IMG/VR virus record: IMGVR_UViG_3300042389_000736 | Location: 1 to 64,000 of that record | Origin: an uncultured virus (IMG/VR IMGVR_UViG_3300042389_000736) | Lineage: Duplodnaviria > Heunggongvirae > Uroviricota > Caudoviricetes | Direction: 5' to 3' (one strand) | DNA length: 64,000 nucleotides | Part shown: positions 56,401 to 64,000 of the stretch, one piece after another | Layout of the letters: every line of letters starts with the position of its first letter | Numbering within the stretch: the stretch's first letter is position 1 | The notes under the pieces: model-generated | Seen by the model: only the letters and a program-made list of their open reading frames with translations | What the model was told of the DNA's origin: nothing | Database searches by the model: none | Position numbers and translations under genes: made by a program

Positions 56401-58794
56401 GCGACCGGCTTCTTCCTTGAATTCCCGGAGAAGCTGAGCGGTTGGATCGAGAAGCTGCCGGAGAAGGTTGACAAGTTCGCGGAAGAGATTCCCAATAAGA
56501 TCATGGCGTTCTTCTCGACTCCGACGACCTCGGAGCTCGACCCGACGACTGGCCTACCGAAGGAAGAGAAACCCTCTATCCTCTGGAAGATGGTCAAGGC
56601 GCTCGGGAACGCTGGCATGAGTCTCGTTGCTCAGGCACCTAAGCTGGCGATCACCCTCGGGGAGTCTCTGACTAAGGTTCTGGTGGCGGGCATCATCACT
56701 GCCGGTGGGTTCATGTTGAAGGGCTTCGCTCGTTTCGGCAACATGATCCAGAACGCTTTCGAAGATAACGTCTACTTGCCGCTCAAGGGCAGCGTCCAGA
56801 AGCAGCTCATCAAGTTGGGCGACTTCGTCAGCGGCGTGTTCGAGGACGGCTTCGGCGGTTCCATCAACCGCGTCAGACAGTCTCTCGCCGACATGAAGAT
56901 CAGCATCTTCGGCAAGGAATTCGCACCGTTCAGCTTCCTCGCGGTCTCCGACCAAGAGAAGGCAGACATGGCGGCGAAGGCCAAGGCGAGAGAAGAATCG
57001 ACTAACCAGAAGCTCAAGGCCGTCGACACCGAGCAAGACCAGTACAAGCTCGCTAGAGACAAGCGCCAGCAGGCCAGCCTGCAGGCCATCGACGACGGTA
57101 CGAAGGGCGCGATTGCCACAAGCAACAAGCTCGTCGGAGGTCTCGGTGATGCCCTCCGCTCCGCCACAGGGGCTAACGCCGCTGCCGAGTGGGGTAAGGG
57201 TCTGGGCAAGGGAGACCGAAACCAGAACCGCTACGCTCAGGCGATGGAAGCCGCGAAGGGCGACGAGAAGAAGGCCAAGGAAGAGTACGCCAAGAAGTTC
57301 CTGATCTCCGAAGAGGAGGCGGCTACAGCCAAGGCGAAGAACGACGGCAGCTACGAAAGATTGGTTGCCGAACGCACCGCAAGTGTGGACAAGGACGCGA
57401 ACTGGAGTCAGGGCAAGACCTCGTACGGAGCAGCGAAATCTGCTGCAAACGAGGAACGCTACAAGACTTGGCTGCAGTCTCAGGGTCTCAAGGACAACGA
57501 GCAGTCGCGTAACAAGTTCGATCTACTCGTCCAGTCGGAGCAATCCGGCAGAGTGATCATGGCCAGCGGCAAGGCTTTCGGTAAGCCAGAAGTGGAAGAC
57601 GCCATCACGAAGGCGGCTAACGCGTACGGCATCCCGAGAGACCTGATGGTCAAGATGGCGCTGATCGAGTCGAACATGAATCCTTCGGCAAGCCGTGGCC
57701 CGAACGGCGCGAAGGGTCTGTACCAGTTCGTGCCCGACACCGCAGCTGCCTACGGGATCAAGGGTCGCGAGTTGGATCCGTATGCCAATGCTGAAGCGGC
57801 AGCTCGTCTGTTCCGCGACAACATGAAGCAGATGACCAACAAGGGCATCCCCATCACCCCGACCACCATGTACCTTGCTCACCAGCAGGGTGCGGGCGGT
57901 CTCGGCGCTATCTGGTACTCGGCCAAGTCTGGCATGGGCATTAGCAGCAAAGAGATCGCGGGGAACATGGCGAACAACGACCCGCTCGGCGAGAGCAAGT
58001 ACAGGGATCCGAAATTGTTCCTCGCTGCTTGGGAGAAGAAGCTTGGAGAAGGCAACCAGCTGGCGAGCATGTTCGGGGTCTCCCCGGATGTCGTCGCTGG
58101 CGTCAAGCTGAACTCCAACATTGCGGCAATGAGCGGAGGCAGTCCTGCTTCCACCGCTATGGCTGCAGTGGCTTCGGCTCCTGCGCCGAAGGTCGCTCCT
58201 GCGGCTACCGCCATGACTGCTCTGGCTGCGGCTCCGTCCGTTGCGCCTCAGACTAAGGCGTCTCCTGCTGCTACCGCTAACACGGTTTCCGACAAGGTGA
58301 TGACTGCAGCTACGACCCCAACGGTCTCCGCTGCGCCATCCACTGCGAAGGGCAACGTCATGGGCGGTATTGCGGTGGCGACGGCTGCAGGTCTGGCCGG
58401 AACTGCGGCGAGAGAGTCTGTCCAAGACCGTCAGCTCAACACGAGCTCGATTCAGGCTGCTATGGCTCCGACTGGCGGCGTGGATCCGGCTCTGGCGGAA
58501 CTGCGTCAGCAGACTACTCTCCTTGCCGCGATTGCGGGCAACACCAAGGAACTCGGTGGGATGTCGAACAGCATCGTGTCTGCGGTGAACAATGTGACGA
58601 ACAACAATGGCGCGGCCACGAAGGTGGCCGAGAACGTCGAGAGATCTAACACGTTCGTCAATAATGCTAGGAAGACGGACATCTTCGGAAATCTGACCAA
58701 CAGAGGTGACGCTGGAGTGCTGAGGCCCTCGGTCGATGCTCTTCGCATTGCCTCTGGTGGGAATATCCCGAACATGAGCCCGATCACTGTCTGA
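50437..58794 (+). CDS. tail tape measure protein with a C-terminal lytic transglycosylase (SLT) domain
   Basis: 2785 aa, Ala/Gly/Lys-rich, FDIHSPSR TMP motif, ~32-aa Trp/Pro repeats; SLT motifs IESNMNP, AKGLYQF, DPYAN. Confidence 0.88.
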   Translation: MAVFLKNVAKSLLTNTLPEGTTRLFPGTAEVMSRFKQDVDKSEGIVDELREKASKFSQAANFAGFKRIHKTAFKQLSTGKFGISKEEADSDMMKSMGFDMEGMDLSGDFDFDAANGAGGDSSSSAESSTSPDGSVTEITNKNYYTNINKGSSDNGEVVSAIASGAITGLGGLAAIGGILSEINKNIGLLDAFQKEKTSMYYDLSLEASKALVAAQEKQSADSAKMYQYFADLQDQKTLKAAQEQTGIDMGSMLDPSRLLGKINDSFFTSDMVLGGLGNEIGKIAKDPIGFLASAALFGSAFGGGRGLVGEMFGSQIDKVERMAKNLPYLAQNKLESWSAGRDYGKSGFSIENILASIGDNLKLDIANPKLKLNQDADGATSFDTVTRRSIITEIPGYLSKILMTLQQLTDITSRAHNLQPDSKIGHTVYDRETGKFEGEHKYKSAIASRFRKINRGETSEGFGTNLKQAMTASGVKGHDARRLQASLLGLANSNFAGMTDLKDSKSVKEMLGRMWDQEIKKRKGQTNEEYEDFKKRTIAKRISKISPHLDSVIGTMNASGKSDDILAADLATRKAALDKIRVEKGEAQYKAEHAKFLEYKKRVEKLKASGDLGTHYSNNLEDSFIRHGADTYQAVVDEGKRMSGKTSGMVAALNGDITEVKGKKDYTVKNKDADKLRKMAEQFRDRAKASRAASGSDSGFFDSIVDKIGGVGTKVYEKIGKAGDSIAKSVKSGITSVFGLDKKETKGKSLLETMSFAFDQKALLPFKRMLIGKSEGDATKMSFLDTVKLRWDTSILTPMKKAMLGEGATAEEAQKTSFFESLNKGMNRTVLMPLKTWLIGDEKAAKRVGFFKAIEISWNKNVMLPVKTWMMGGDKKSARKMTFLQVVGDKLEKSVFLPLRTSLLGGNEKKAKNLSMWGAISHSFDRNITHPLKKLMLPDADVRTLRKTSFLTAMRTSFDQKVLQPIKGWLFGEEGKKKSFFKNFSEWMGPRINKILFGDKAKDNTLWGNIKNTLKGVGTFISDKVFKPLKGWFLDELMPSMKDMFKEVGAEVKRFFGKAKDFFTKDLVKGAKGIMKEILGDDMIKTIREKVVDPFKNAIAKLGETLGGFFKFFLRLPVNLFKGIADSIKLNRMKRGEGNFSDDERNRLEALDKKGSTFDFMAGVRKKAEDTKKAVDDALTPPADVGQRFKKAGEQVSEGFEEGIVDGTKTIWEKVKDMGTGVLDKVKAVFDIHSPSRKMRELGEHVVEGFIEGLKRKEQEALAIIDRLSNSLQNRKLELSGEITAKVDEGAEKGGRFGEIIKQLHANVTETKKTTSILDKIHDFMKGNLSEVDKTTKKILYAMKNGGKGAGEIDLYSSPLSWMGNKLDSLLSTGLKTIKGFVDGAANVLKSFSDLPKKVLGMFGDLAKSAMSVVTNLLPNIGDLAASAMKTLSNLAKNAGDTFVNMTDKVLQAGLKLAGQIGNAIKPLTDAFVDVTSTLISGLKPAVTSLTTALTSAVQGLATFAGKLLDFAGQLGNKVLDFSAKHLGISIGKGRTGGGLMDPNAIVKVSLVNSFVGGSAANPMYVHVVDGKVQVYRKEKPSVKMTDNIEDVTAAADKLKGKKDAEKKEDKKDDTLDKLKDVAGTVAGAAAPGLIGKAATTVGAKVAAAKAGASSILGKIVDRGDYTKAKAIDKFRTADKINVRSDEWKNLSKADRSKILSERKAAAKAGETLKSSRTVRINEGLKKAGGKVTGAIDKVGKGASWIGDKISGAGKAVTKATTGKFGTGGAGNLISKATSGAVDKIGGLAKTSIEKVGSSRIGQAVGGALEKVPGGAIAKTVGGAAGKLGGAAASMTGKAFGGVVGTGVKAIGSTVANVGVRMPTAIAGGAMNMAGKAVSGVAGMAGKMAGSVMKIGAKGLTIGGVVGGLGEVISDTIFEKGGHAHKIFTNSFKTLGGASTGAMIGSMILPGVGTLIGGVIGAAASGLTDALAGVKDWLEDTFKDEIQNATGFFLEFPEKLSGWIEKLPEKVDKFAEEIPNKIMAFFSTPTTSELDPTTGLPKEEKPSILWKMVKALGNAGMSLVAQAPKLAITLGESLTKVLVAGIITAGGFMLKGFARFGNMIQNAFEDNVYLPLKGSVQKQLIKLGDFVSGVFEDGFGGSINRVRQSLADMKISIFGKEFAPFSFLAVSDQEKADMAAKAKAREESTNQKLKAVDTEQDQYKLARDKRQQASLQAIDDGTKGAIATSNKLVGGLGDALRSATGANAAAEWGKGLGKGDRNQNRYAQAMEAAKGDEKKAKEEYAKKFLISEEEAATAKAKNDGSYERLVAERTASVDKDANWSQGKTSYGAAKSAANEERYKTWLQSQGLKDNEQSRNKFDLLVQSEQSGRVIMASGKAFGKPEVEDAITKAANAYGIPRDLMVKMALIESNMNPSASRGPNGAKGLYQFVPDTAAAYGIKGRELDPYANAEAAARLFRDNMKQMTNKGIPITPTTMYLAHQQGAGGLGAIWYSAKSGMGISSKEIAGNMANNDPLGESKYRDPKLFLAAWEKKLGEGNQLASMFGVSPDVVAGVKLNSNIAAMSGGSPASTAMAAVASAPAPKVAPAATAMTALAAAPSVAPQTKASPAATANTVSDKVMTAATTPTVSAAPSTAKGNVMGGIAVATAAGLAGTAARESVQDRQLNTSSIQAAMAPTGGVDPALAELRQQTTLLAAIAGNTKELGGMSNSIVSAVNNVTNNNGAATKVAENVERSNTFVNNARKTDIFGNLTNRGDAGVLRPSVDALRIASGGNIPNMSPITV

Positions 58795-58888
58795 TGAAGT
58801 CGGTAACGATTAATTAGACAGGTATTCACGGATGGCCCTACAGGTGAAAAGCCTGTAGGGCCTCCTCATTTCTTCGCATGGTGACCAA

Positions 58889-60298
58889 ATGGCCGACGAA
58901 AACAATCCGTATTCTCAATTCTACCAGCCGGGGTTCGGTACCATCATCGGTCGGCCCCTTGCTTTCAATCCTCGGTGCGATCCTCACCAGAGGATCTTCC
59001 AAGAGACGCTGCTGCAGAACAACACAATCATCCGCGTCACCCCCGGAGTCTATCACTTCGAGAAGGACAAGCTGGAGGCGGCTGATCTGATCCTCAAGGA
59101 TCATTCCAAGCAGGTCGACGAGATCAAGAAGTCCAGAAGAACCACTGCGGCAGAAGAGCTCGACCAGCTCAACGCCCAGACCCAGCAGATTCTCATCAAG
59201 GAAGGTATCGACATGCGATACCTGACCTTCAAGCCAGCGTTCGCCGAGTTCTTGACCGCCTACCAGCTTCTGGTGAACCGGGCAGGCACCTCTCTGACCG
59301 GGCGGTCCAATGCCAGCACGATGACGAAGTTCACGACTAACATCATGGACTTCATGCTGCACAACGACGCCAAGCAAAGCTCCAAGTACCGTGGGTTCAA
59401 CCTGTGGGTGGAGAAGTCTACGTCTATCTCCGAGACGGTGTCTAACTCCTTCTCGGACTCCGTCTTCCAGGGTCTGACCGACAAGATCGGCAACGCCGCG
59501 AGAGAGTTCCAGGTTCTGACGGGGATGAACTTCGGCACCTTCAACGAGTCGAACAACGTCGAGGTGACGACTCAGAACAACATCGGGTCCAACGAGGCTT
59601 CCACGGTTGGCCGTCTGGTCCAGACTGCCGCGACGACTGCCTCCGGCGCGAAGGTCGTCCTTCCGCAGATCTGGAATGACAGCAAGTTCGACCGCAGCTA
59701 CAACGTGTCGTTCCGTTTCATGTCCCCGTACGGCGACGACCGATCCGTCTTTGTGAACGTCATCCTGCCGTTCCTCTTCATCTTGGCCTGCGCACTTCCG
59801 ACTCAGGACGGTCCTTCCGGCATGAAGTTCCCTTTCCTGCTACAGATGGACTGCCCCGGCTACTTCAGCTGCCCTATGGGCGTGATCAGCAACCTGAGCT
59901 TCACCAAGGGCGGCTCCGATGCGCTCTTCAATCGCTCCGGACTCCCTCTGATCATCGAGGGTACCTTCAGCGTGATGGATCTGTACAGCTCTCTGTCTCT
60001 GCCCATCAACGATTCTCAGTTTGTGACTAACCTCGGAACTGCTGCGTTCATCAACAACTTGGTTGGTGCGTCGCTGTATCAGGCGATCGACACCGGCATC
60101 AAGGACAACCTGCAGAACTATGTCAAGGGCGGTCTCTTGAAAATGGTCAGTCCGTTCAATTCTCTAGACGCCAAACAGCTAGACCTGATGCGTTACGCTG
60201 GCATTGCCACCGACCAGACGACTCCGCTAGGATCTACCGTCGCCAACAAGATCGGTCAGGCCGTGAACAACGTGATGGGAATGCTATCGAAGTACTGA
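58889..60298 (+). CDS. baseplate/tail tube initiator-like structural protein
   Basis: Follows the TMP; PQIWNDS.FDRSYNVSFRF.SPYG and GVISNLSFTKG tube-fold-like motifs. Confidence 0.55.
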   Translation: MADENNPYSQFYQPGFGTIIGRPLAFNPRCDPHQRIFQETLLQNNTIIRVTPGVYHFEKDKLEAADLILKDHSKQVDEIKKSRRTTAAEELDQLNAQTQQILIKEGIDMRYLTFKPAFAEFLTAYQLLVNRAGTSLTGRSNASTMTKFTTNIMDFMLHNDAKQSSKYRGFNLWVEKSTSISETVSNSFSDSVFQGLTDKIGNAAREFQVLTGMNFGTFNESNNVEVTTQNNIGSNEASTVGRLVQTAATTASGAKVVLPQIWNDSKFDRSYNVSFRFMSPYGDDRSVFVNVILPFLFILACALPTQDGPSGMKFPFLLQMDCPGYFSCPMGVISNLSFTKGGSDALFNRSGLPLIIEGTFSVMDLYSSLSLPINDSQFVTNLGTAAFINNLVGASLYQAIDTGIKDNLQNYVKGGLLKMVSPFNSLDAKQLDLMRYAGIATDQTTPLGSTVANKIGQAVNNVMGMLSKY

Positions 60299-60353
60299 CC
60301 GCCACGGAACAGCAGTTTAGTAGAATCGTCATCCTTTCCAGAAGGAATTCAAA

Positions 60354-61148
60354 ATGTCCGAAAAGATCATTGGCTACGTATTTCACGAAGCCGCAATGAA
60401 CGAGGGCGAGATCCGTTCCATGCAGCGCCAGCGCAACGGCGTAGTCCGCATGGTGGCCGTCCTCCAAGAAGCCAACCTGCCCAACCGAAACGGTCGTGTC
60501 TACCCGAAGGCTGTCATCGAGAAGGCTCTCCAAGCTCCCTTCGTGAAGGAAAAGCTCGGCACGAACTCTTTGCTCGGCGAGTCCAACCACCCGGCGAACG
60601 CAGACATGCAGCGCCAGATGTCCATCGACCTGAACAACGTGTCCCACGTCATCAAGAAGGTCTGGTGGGATCCGCAGGACAGCAACCTGCTGCTCGGCGA
60701 GGTGGAGACCGCCTCCACCGAGACCGGCAAGAACTTCGCCGGTCTGATCTCCGAGAACGGCATGCAGGCTTCCTTCTCCATGCGTGGCCTCGGCGACGTG
60801 GTTAAGGCAGGTGGCAAGGTTACTGTCAAGGATCCTCTCCGTATCGTGACCTACGACAGCGTTCATTTCCCTTCCCACCAGAAGGCGTACATGCGCAACG
60901 TGGTGAACGAGTCCGCAGTGCCGGTCGGCATCGACGCACTGGCGAAGTACGCCGCCGAGAACTCCAAGGACTTCGCGCAGCTGAACGAGAACGTCCTGTG
61001 CATCGCCCAAGACAAGCTCGACTTCAAGCTCGAAGAGGGCGGCAAGCTCGTCATCATCGACCGCGAGATCCAGCGTCCGGCTGCAGTGGTGCTGATCGAG
61101 TCGAAGCTGGAGAAGGAAGTAACTTCCGCTCTCCGTCGTCTGTTCTAA
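60354..61148 (+). CDS. prohead core protease (T4 gp21-like)
   Basis: NRNGRVYP, GESNHP, VSH, SMRGLG and TYDSV..PS motifs; late promoter at 60308. Confidence 0.9.
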   Translation: MSEKIIGYVFHEAAMNEGEIRSMQRQRNGVVRMVAVLQEANLPNRNGRVYPKAVIEKALQAPFVKEKLGTNSLLGESNHPANADMQRQMSIDLNNVSHVIKKVWWDPQDSNLLLGEVETASTETGKNFAGLISENGMQASFSMRGLGDVVKAGGKVTVKDPLRIVTYDSVHFPSHQKAYMRNVVNESAVPVGIDALAKYAAENSKDFAQLNENVLCIAQDKLDFKLEEGGKLVIIDREIQRPAAVVLIESKLEKEVTSALRRLF

Positions 61149-61192
61149 GAAAAGAAACCCCCTATGGCGTAATTGCCATAGGGGTTCTTTTT
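61149..61192. terminator. bidirectional intrinsic terminator
   Basis: CCCCTATGGC-GTAATT-GCCATAGGGG with A/T tracts. Confidence 0.85.
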
Positions 61193-61565
61193 ACCCTTTG
61201 AGGGTCACGCCGAGCTCTTTCGCTCTGGCTCTGATCATGGGGATCACTTCGCCTTCCATCGACTTGTACAAGTCGATCATGTCGTCGTCACTGTGAGCGA
61301 GATTGTGGATCCCGGTCGTGCCGACTCTGGACTTGAAGTCCGCGATGGAGGCTTTGTAGTTGTCTAGGACTTGCTGGAGATCTTCTTGCTTGTCCATGTG
61401 CTGGAGGGCCTTCTTGACGATGGCGATGCCAGCGTCTTTCCCGATCTTGTGGCCGAAACTCCGGAAGAGCGAGAACGGCCAGAAATCGAGACGGAAAGCC
61501 TTGAAGGCGATGTTGTCTTCCGAGAGGAAGAAGTTCTTGTAATCGTGGACGGACGTTGCCATCAT
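61191..61565 (-). CDS. hypothetical protein (late)
   Basis: 124 aa, overlaps the upstream stop codon. Confidence 0.65.
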   Translation of the reverse strand: MMATSVHDYKNFFLSEDNIAFKAFRLDFWPFSLFRSFGHKIGKDAGIAIVKKALQHMDKQEDLQQVLDNYKASIADFKSRVGTTGIHNLAHSDDDMIDLYKSMEGEVIPMIRARAKELGVTLKG

Positions 61566-62032
61566 TTCACCTTCAGCATCTTGTCCTTCGCTTCCATGCG
61601 AAGGTGCTTCAACTTCGTGACGTGGTGGTCAACGATAGACTTCTGGTCGTCCTTGATGAAGTGAGCGGCCAGCAAGCCAGCGCCCAGCCCAATCAGAGCA
61701 CCAGTCCCTTCGTGACCGCGATCTGCAGCCAGTGCGCCGACCAGCGCGCCGCCCTGCATGTAAGCTCCGACTCGTTCGCCGCTGCGCTTGTTCTCGGTGT
61801 ACCCGCAGTCTTCCAGAGCGTCCTCGATATCCTGGGTGAGGATTTCAATTTCGGTACGGTTCTTTGCGGTTCCAAGGCGAAGCTCGAAGCGGCGAGCTAG
61901 ATCGTCGCCCTGACCGTTCATCACCTTACGGAAGTACGGATTGTCCTGACTATGGGAGTACTCGTTCAGAGCCTCCGCATCGGTCACTTCTCCGCTGAGG
62001 AAGAAGCCGACCAAATCTTGCACTCTTGACAT
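61562..62032 (-). CDS. glycine-zipper protein (late), possible internal head/ejection protein
   Basis: GGALVGALAA...GALIGLGAGLLAA; late promoter at 62061-62073. Confidence 0.6.
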   Translation of the reverse strand: MSRVQDLVGFFLSGEVTDAEALNEYSHSQDNPYFRKVMNGQGDDLARRFELRLGTAKNRTEIEILTQDIEDALEDCGYTENKRSGERVGAYMQGGALVGALAADRGHEGTGALIGLGAGLLAAHFIKDDQKSIVDHHVTKLKHLRMEAKDKMLKVK

Positions 62033-62448
62033 GATTTACCTTTGGTGGTGGATCTACAGACTAATGCAGTGTTCTTGTCGCACTTGAACAGTTTGTCGAG
62101 AACTTTCACCAAAGTTTCGGGTTTGAACGGCTTGATGATGTAGCCGTTCACCCCGAGTTTCACCATCTCTTCGATGCGCTTCTTCTCGCACTCGGCGGTC
62201 AGCATGACCACAGGAGTCCTTTCCATGCCGGGAGTCTGCCGCACCTTGGCGACTAGGTCTCCCCCTGTCATGTTCGGCATGTTCCAGTCGCTGATGACTA
62301 GATCGTACTTGCTGAGCTGGAGAGATTCGAACGCTTCCCTCCCGCAGCTAGCCTCGGAGACGGTGCATCCGTACTCCTTGACGATGGCCGAAACGATGCG
62401 CCTCATCGTGGACATGTCGTCCACGACCAATACTCTTTTGCTCTTCAA
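61984..62448 (-). CDS. cheY: CheY-like single-domain response regulator
   Basis: VLVVDDMSTMRRIV, ISDWNMPNMTG (phospho-Asp), MLTAE, GYIIKPF; TTG start with AGAGGT RBS. Confidence 0.85.
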   Translation of the reverse strand: MKSKRVLVVDDMSTMRRIVSAIVKEYGCTVSEASCGREAFESLQLSKYDLVISDWNMPNMTGGDLVAKVRQTPGMERTPVVMLTAECEKKRIEEMVKLGVNGYIIKPFKPETLVKVLDKLFKCDKNTALVCRSTTKGKSCQECKIWSASSSAEK

Positions 62449-62454
62449 GGCATC

Positions 62455-63723
62455 TTACCTCTTTTTCACTTTTTTCTTGATGGTGAATCCGCTCTTGGGA
62501 GAGGGAACCGCCGCTGTGGTTGTCTTCTTCTCTTCGGCGAAATCCATGATCTCCACCTTGGTGCGAAGCGGCTTGGAGAAATCGACTTTCTCAATCGGAA
62601 TCTCGTTGTCCGGACCCGGTCTCACCCAGTTCTCGAACTCCTCGTCGGTCATCGGCTTGCTCATCTCCGGATCGGAGAAAGACACCATGTCGATGGGAAT
62701 GTCATTGCAGTGATCGAAATTGCATCCCGGCGGCGGGAGATCCTCGCTGGTTGCCTCTCGGATCTCATGAAAAGGGAACGCTCCACCACCGGGAACGACC
62801 GTCACTTTCTCTTCCAGAGCCCCAGCTTTTTCAGCAGATCCTTGTACATCTTCTTCCTGAACTGCTTCAGCGTCTTCGGTGTCGCCTTCTTCATTTTCGG
62901 TTCTCGCTAGGATTCTGTCGAGCGCGTCTTGGAGTTTCTTCTTGTCCTCATCGGTGGGCTCCGAGTCAGACTTCAGGCCGAGCCTCTTCATCTCGCAAGG
63001 GCAGTGGGGGTCATTGCCCACTTTTCCGATGCAGGCGCACATGCTGAGCTTACCGGACTCAAGACCGGCGATGACTTCCTTCACTTCGGAGTGAGCTGGG
63101 TGATCGGGATCGTTCAAGACTTGCTGTACCGGAACGGGCTGGTTGATAGATGGGATCAGTTCGTTCTTGACCCATTCCCGACCCTCGTCCATCGCTGCCT
63201 TTCCTTCCGGGGTAGATTCGATTTCTGCGATGAACTCCGACAGGGGAGTCCCGGCTGCTTCCTTCTCCTCCGATCCCCACAGTTCGTTCAGGGGTTCGTA
63301 GTACTCCCCGACCAGCATGAGGCTTCCTTTCATGGTAGGGAGCTTGAACGTGCTGAAGTCTTCCGGCACCGAGCAGGAGAGGGTGATGTGCGGATTGTAG
63401 ATCGGATAGTCGTAAGTTGCCCCGAGCTCTGCCATCAGGGCAACGTGGCGCTGAATGAGAGAAGGACAACGGAGTTTCATCACCAAACAACGGCATCCGG
63501 GGATGTGACTGTCGAACAAGGCGTATCCGTCGTGGAACGCCATGTGGAACAGGTCCGGGTTGGGCGAGAACTGCTCCGAGTGGTCCTTGCGGGAGTACAG
63601 GAGGGTGACATGGAATTCCTCTTGGGAGCATGGGATACCATTGTCCTTGAGGAAACGTACCAACCTGTCCGCGCTAACAGGAGCCAGATTGTAACCGGCG
63701 TATGTGCCTTTGGCGTTTTGCAT
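62455..63723 (-). CDS. acb1: Acb1/T4 gp57B-like 2H phosphodiesterase with a long C-terminal extension
   Basis: GTYA, FHVTLLYSR, RH....LGATYDYPIYNPHITLS and EYYEPL match Acb1 (two HxT motifs). Confidence 0.8.
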   Translation of the reverse strand: MQNAKGTYAGYNLAPVSADRLVRFLKDNGIPCSQEEFHVTLLYSRKDHSEQFSPNPDLFHMAFHDGYALFDSHIPGCRCLVMKLRCPSLIQRHVALMAELGATYDYPIYNPHITLSCSVPEDFSTFKLPTMKGSLMLVGEYYEPLNELWGSEEKEAAGTPLSEFIAEIESTPEGKAAMDEGREWVKNELIPSINQPVPVQQVLNDPDHPAHSEVKEVIAGLESGKLSMCACIGKVGNDPHCPCEMKRLGLKSDSEPTDEDKKKLQDALDRILARTENEEGDTEDAEAVQEEDVQGSAEKAGALEEKVTVVPGGGAFPFHEIREATSEDLPPPGCNFDHCNDIPIDMVSFSDPEMSKPMTDEEFENWVRPGPDNEIPIEKVDFSKPLRTKVEIMDFAEEKKTTTAAVPSPKSGFTIKKKVKKR

Positions 63724-63793
63724 TTGCGTAAAACCTCAAATTGTGATATATTATTAGAGAGTTCCGACATCAGAAACTCTTACAGGAGATGGT

Positions 63794-64000
63794 ATGGAGA
63801 AGAACTTTGAATCGAGAGACGACGACGTGAACTTCACCATCGTCGTCAACTGGAGGGAGCGCGGCTTCGGCTGCGCCAAGAACTGCTCTTACTGCAACTG
63901 GCGATCTAGCCCGCTGCTCCCGAACGGAGCGCAGAGCGAGGAAGATATCGTCAAGTTCATCAGGCAGTGCAAGAAGAGCTTCGTCACGATCAGCGGAGGC
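63794..64000 (+). CDS. radical SAM protein (5' part, runs off the window)
   Basis: GCAKNCSYC (CxxxCxxC) and VTISGG; AGGAG RBS; ATATATTAT upstream. Confidence 0.8.
   Translation, partial: MEKNFESRDDDVNFTIVVNWRERGFGCAKNCSYCNWRSSPLLPNGAQSEEDIVKFIRQCKKSFVTISGG

Noticed and set aside
1..64000. tRNA, tmRNA, rRNA, introns, inteins, integrase or IS elements
   Set aside because: No cloverleaf with a T-loop or CCA end, no interrupted conserved genes, and no intein or transposase motifs noticed by eye

Overview
The window is a 64-kb internal segment of a GC-rich jumbo myophage genome (GC roughly 55-58% by eye, not computed) of the AR9/PBS1-phiKZ type that encodes its own split multisubunit RNA polymerases. 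Virion and packaging genes include portal, terminase, tail sheath and tube, a 2785-aa tape measure protein with a lytic transglycosylase domain, baseplate proteins and prohead protease. There are three RNAP subunit genes: one large beta fragment and two paralogous beta' C-terminal fragments, implying two enzymes. Replication and repair genes include DnaB, SbcC/SbcD, an SF2 helicase, RusA and an MBD4-like glycosylase. Nucleotide enzymes are a guanylate kinase-like protein, dCMP deaminase and a Ham1/ITPase. Also present are two histone-tailed HU-like proteins and an Acb1-like phosphodiesterase next to a CheY-like regulator. The intergenic DNA shows two phage promoter classes: AACA-N6-TAG (15 strict copies, mostly before structural genes; matches the AR9 late consensus) and ATATATNAT (8 copies, before non-structural genes). 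Three late promoters drive short ORF-less structured units ending in intrinsic terminators, i.e. candidate phage small RNAs, one with an anti-Shine-Dalgarno seed. All protein calls rest on motif recognition by eye; no database searches or folding programs were run.
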